Assembly: GCA_045863335.1 (NCBI GenBank)
Contig: BTVY01000020.1
Coordinates: 91,722-108,670 of the forward strand
Reading direction: 5' to 3'
DNA: 16,949 bases
Origin: Candidatus Hydrogenedentota bacterium
Lineage (GTDB): Bacteria; Hydrogenedentota; Hydrogenedentia; Hydrogenedentales; SLHB01
Part shown: piece by piece, positions 16,028 to 16,949 of the stretch
How the letters are laid out: each line of letters begins with the position of its first letter
How positions within the stretch are numbered: the stretch's first letter is position 1
Program-made: the position numbers and the translations under genes
The notes under the pieces: generated by a model
Database searches by the model: none
Told to the model about the DNA's origin: nothing
What the model saw: the letters and a program-made list of their open reading frames with translations, nothing else

Positions 16028-16297
16028 CTACTTCTGCTTATGGTTATTGATTCGCCACATCACATAGGCGAATCCGATCGCCACCCCAACCGCCAAAATG
16101 CCGAGTTGTTGTCGGCTGTTCATGATGCGGTATTCGTCGTTCTCAACCTGGACAAGCCGCGAGAGGTCATCCTGCCCAGACATTTCCACTACGCCCCTCG
16201 CCCGCTCCTGTTTCAAGTTCCCGAACTGGAAGAATAACGCAATCAATACGACAAGAATACCGGCCAGAATAATGTATGGACGCAGGTTCCTGGACAT
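16028..16297 (-). CDS. Small two-TM hypothetical membrane protein, 89 aa
   Basis: ATG at 16297 with purine-rich AAGGGGGG upstream; two hydrophobic helices (YIILAGILVVLIALFFQF; LGILAVGVAIGFAYVMW); fills the gap between co-oriented genes. Confidence 0.7.
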   Translation of the reverse strand: MSRNLRPYIILAGILVVLIALFFQFGNLKQERARGVVEMSGQDDLSRLVQVENDEYRIMNSRQQLGILAVGVAIGFAYVMWRINNHKQK

Positions 16298-16333
16298 AAA
16301 CACCCCCCTTTCATCGACTTAGGATTTGATATG

Positions 16334-16816
16334 CTACTCCCACCCCACCTGCTGCTTCACGGCGGCCGCTTCTTCGGGCGACATCTTCGTCAGCAGCACG
16401 CGCAAGGTCCGGTTCCCGACCATCCGGCCGTTGCTCAGGTACATCCAATCGCTCACCTCGTCCCGCTTGGCCCGGACTCGTTGACCAAGCCGGACCGACC
16501 TTACGATGTTTGGATCGTTGTTGATGGTCGCGGTAAAACCCGGCCCCACCACTTCAACATTGTTCGCCCAGAAATGCTCCGTGCCGTTCGGGTCCGTGAC
16601 CGCCACCTTGATGGCGAAATCGCTGTCGCCCGGCTCGGGGTTTTCCATCCGCGCCACGAACTCATCAAGCGTCGCCCGCGCCTCCGCGATCGCCGCGTTC
16701 ATAACCGCGTCGTCTTCCGTGACACCGATTGTCCTGTCACGATCCCTAGCGTCACACCCCGCCAGCACGAACAACGCACTAACCAACAACACGCACACGA
16801 TGCCGATGGCTCTCAT
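16334..16816 (-). CDS. yegJ: YegJ/DUF2314 family lipoprotein, 160 aa
   Basis: Lipobox LAGC after a hydrophobic signal; EDDAVMNAAIAEARATLDEF, FAIKV, EHFW, INNDP, VSDWMY..GRMVGNRTLRVL typical of DUF2314; ATG at 16816 with GGGAG. Confidence 0.85.
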   Translation of the reverse strand: MRAIGIVCVLLVSALFVLAGCDARDRDRTIGVTEDDAVMNAAIAEARATLDEFVARMENPEPGDSDFAIKVAVTDPNGTEHFWANNVEVVGPGFTATINNDPNIVRSVRLGQRVRAKRDEVSDWMYLSNGRMVGNRTLRVLLTKMSPEEAAAVKQQVGWE

Positions 16817-16949
16817 GACCCACTCCCGTATGAACACGACGACTTCACAACGCTACCATAGGCTCACGAAGATCCTACCGCACCAGTGACCGCAATGAAA
16901 AATGGGGACACCCATTAGGTGCTCTTTCGTCAAGTGGCAATGCTCTCTT

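Noticed and set aside
16895-16949. AAAAATGGGGACACCCATT near the right edge, possibly another repeat or IS end
   Set aside because: Short single-copy hairpin near the window edge; no partner or transposase visible.

Overview
GC-rich bacterial chromosomal window, probably from a diderm environmental lineage (inference from Tat/lipoprotein signals and gene content). From left to right it holds REP-like repeats at the edge, an FHA-GAF-sigma54 activator, a UDP-glucuronate decarboxylase, and a sodium:solute symporter followed by a 66-aa two-TM protein. Next is a six-gene exported redox locus: two DUF6599-like proteins, two Tat-signal aldo/keto reductases, a NapH/NapG-like membrane polyferredoxin with an internal twin-arginine motif, and a Tat-signal DUF362 protein. 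This is followed by a complete IS4-family element (13398-14725, 15-bp IRs, 9-bp TSD), a secreted alpha/beta hydrolase, a small membrane protein and a YegJ/DUF2314 lipoprotein. The best candidate for an uncharacterised system is the redox locus. The intergenic DNA carries at least four kinds of palindromic or heptameric repeat. The IS4 has inserted inside one of them, within an interval bracketed by an inverted GTAG-REP pair. Family assignments come from motif recognition by eye, not from database searches.
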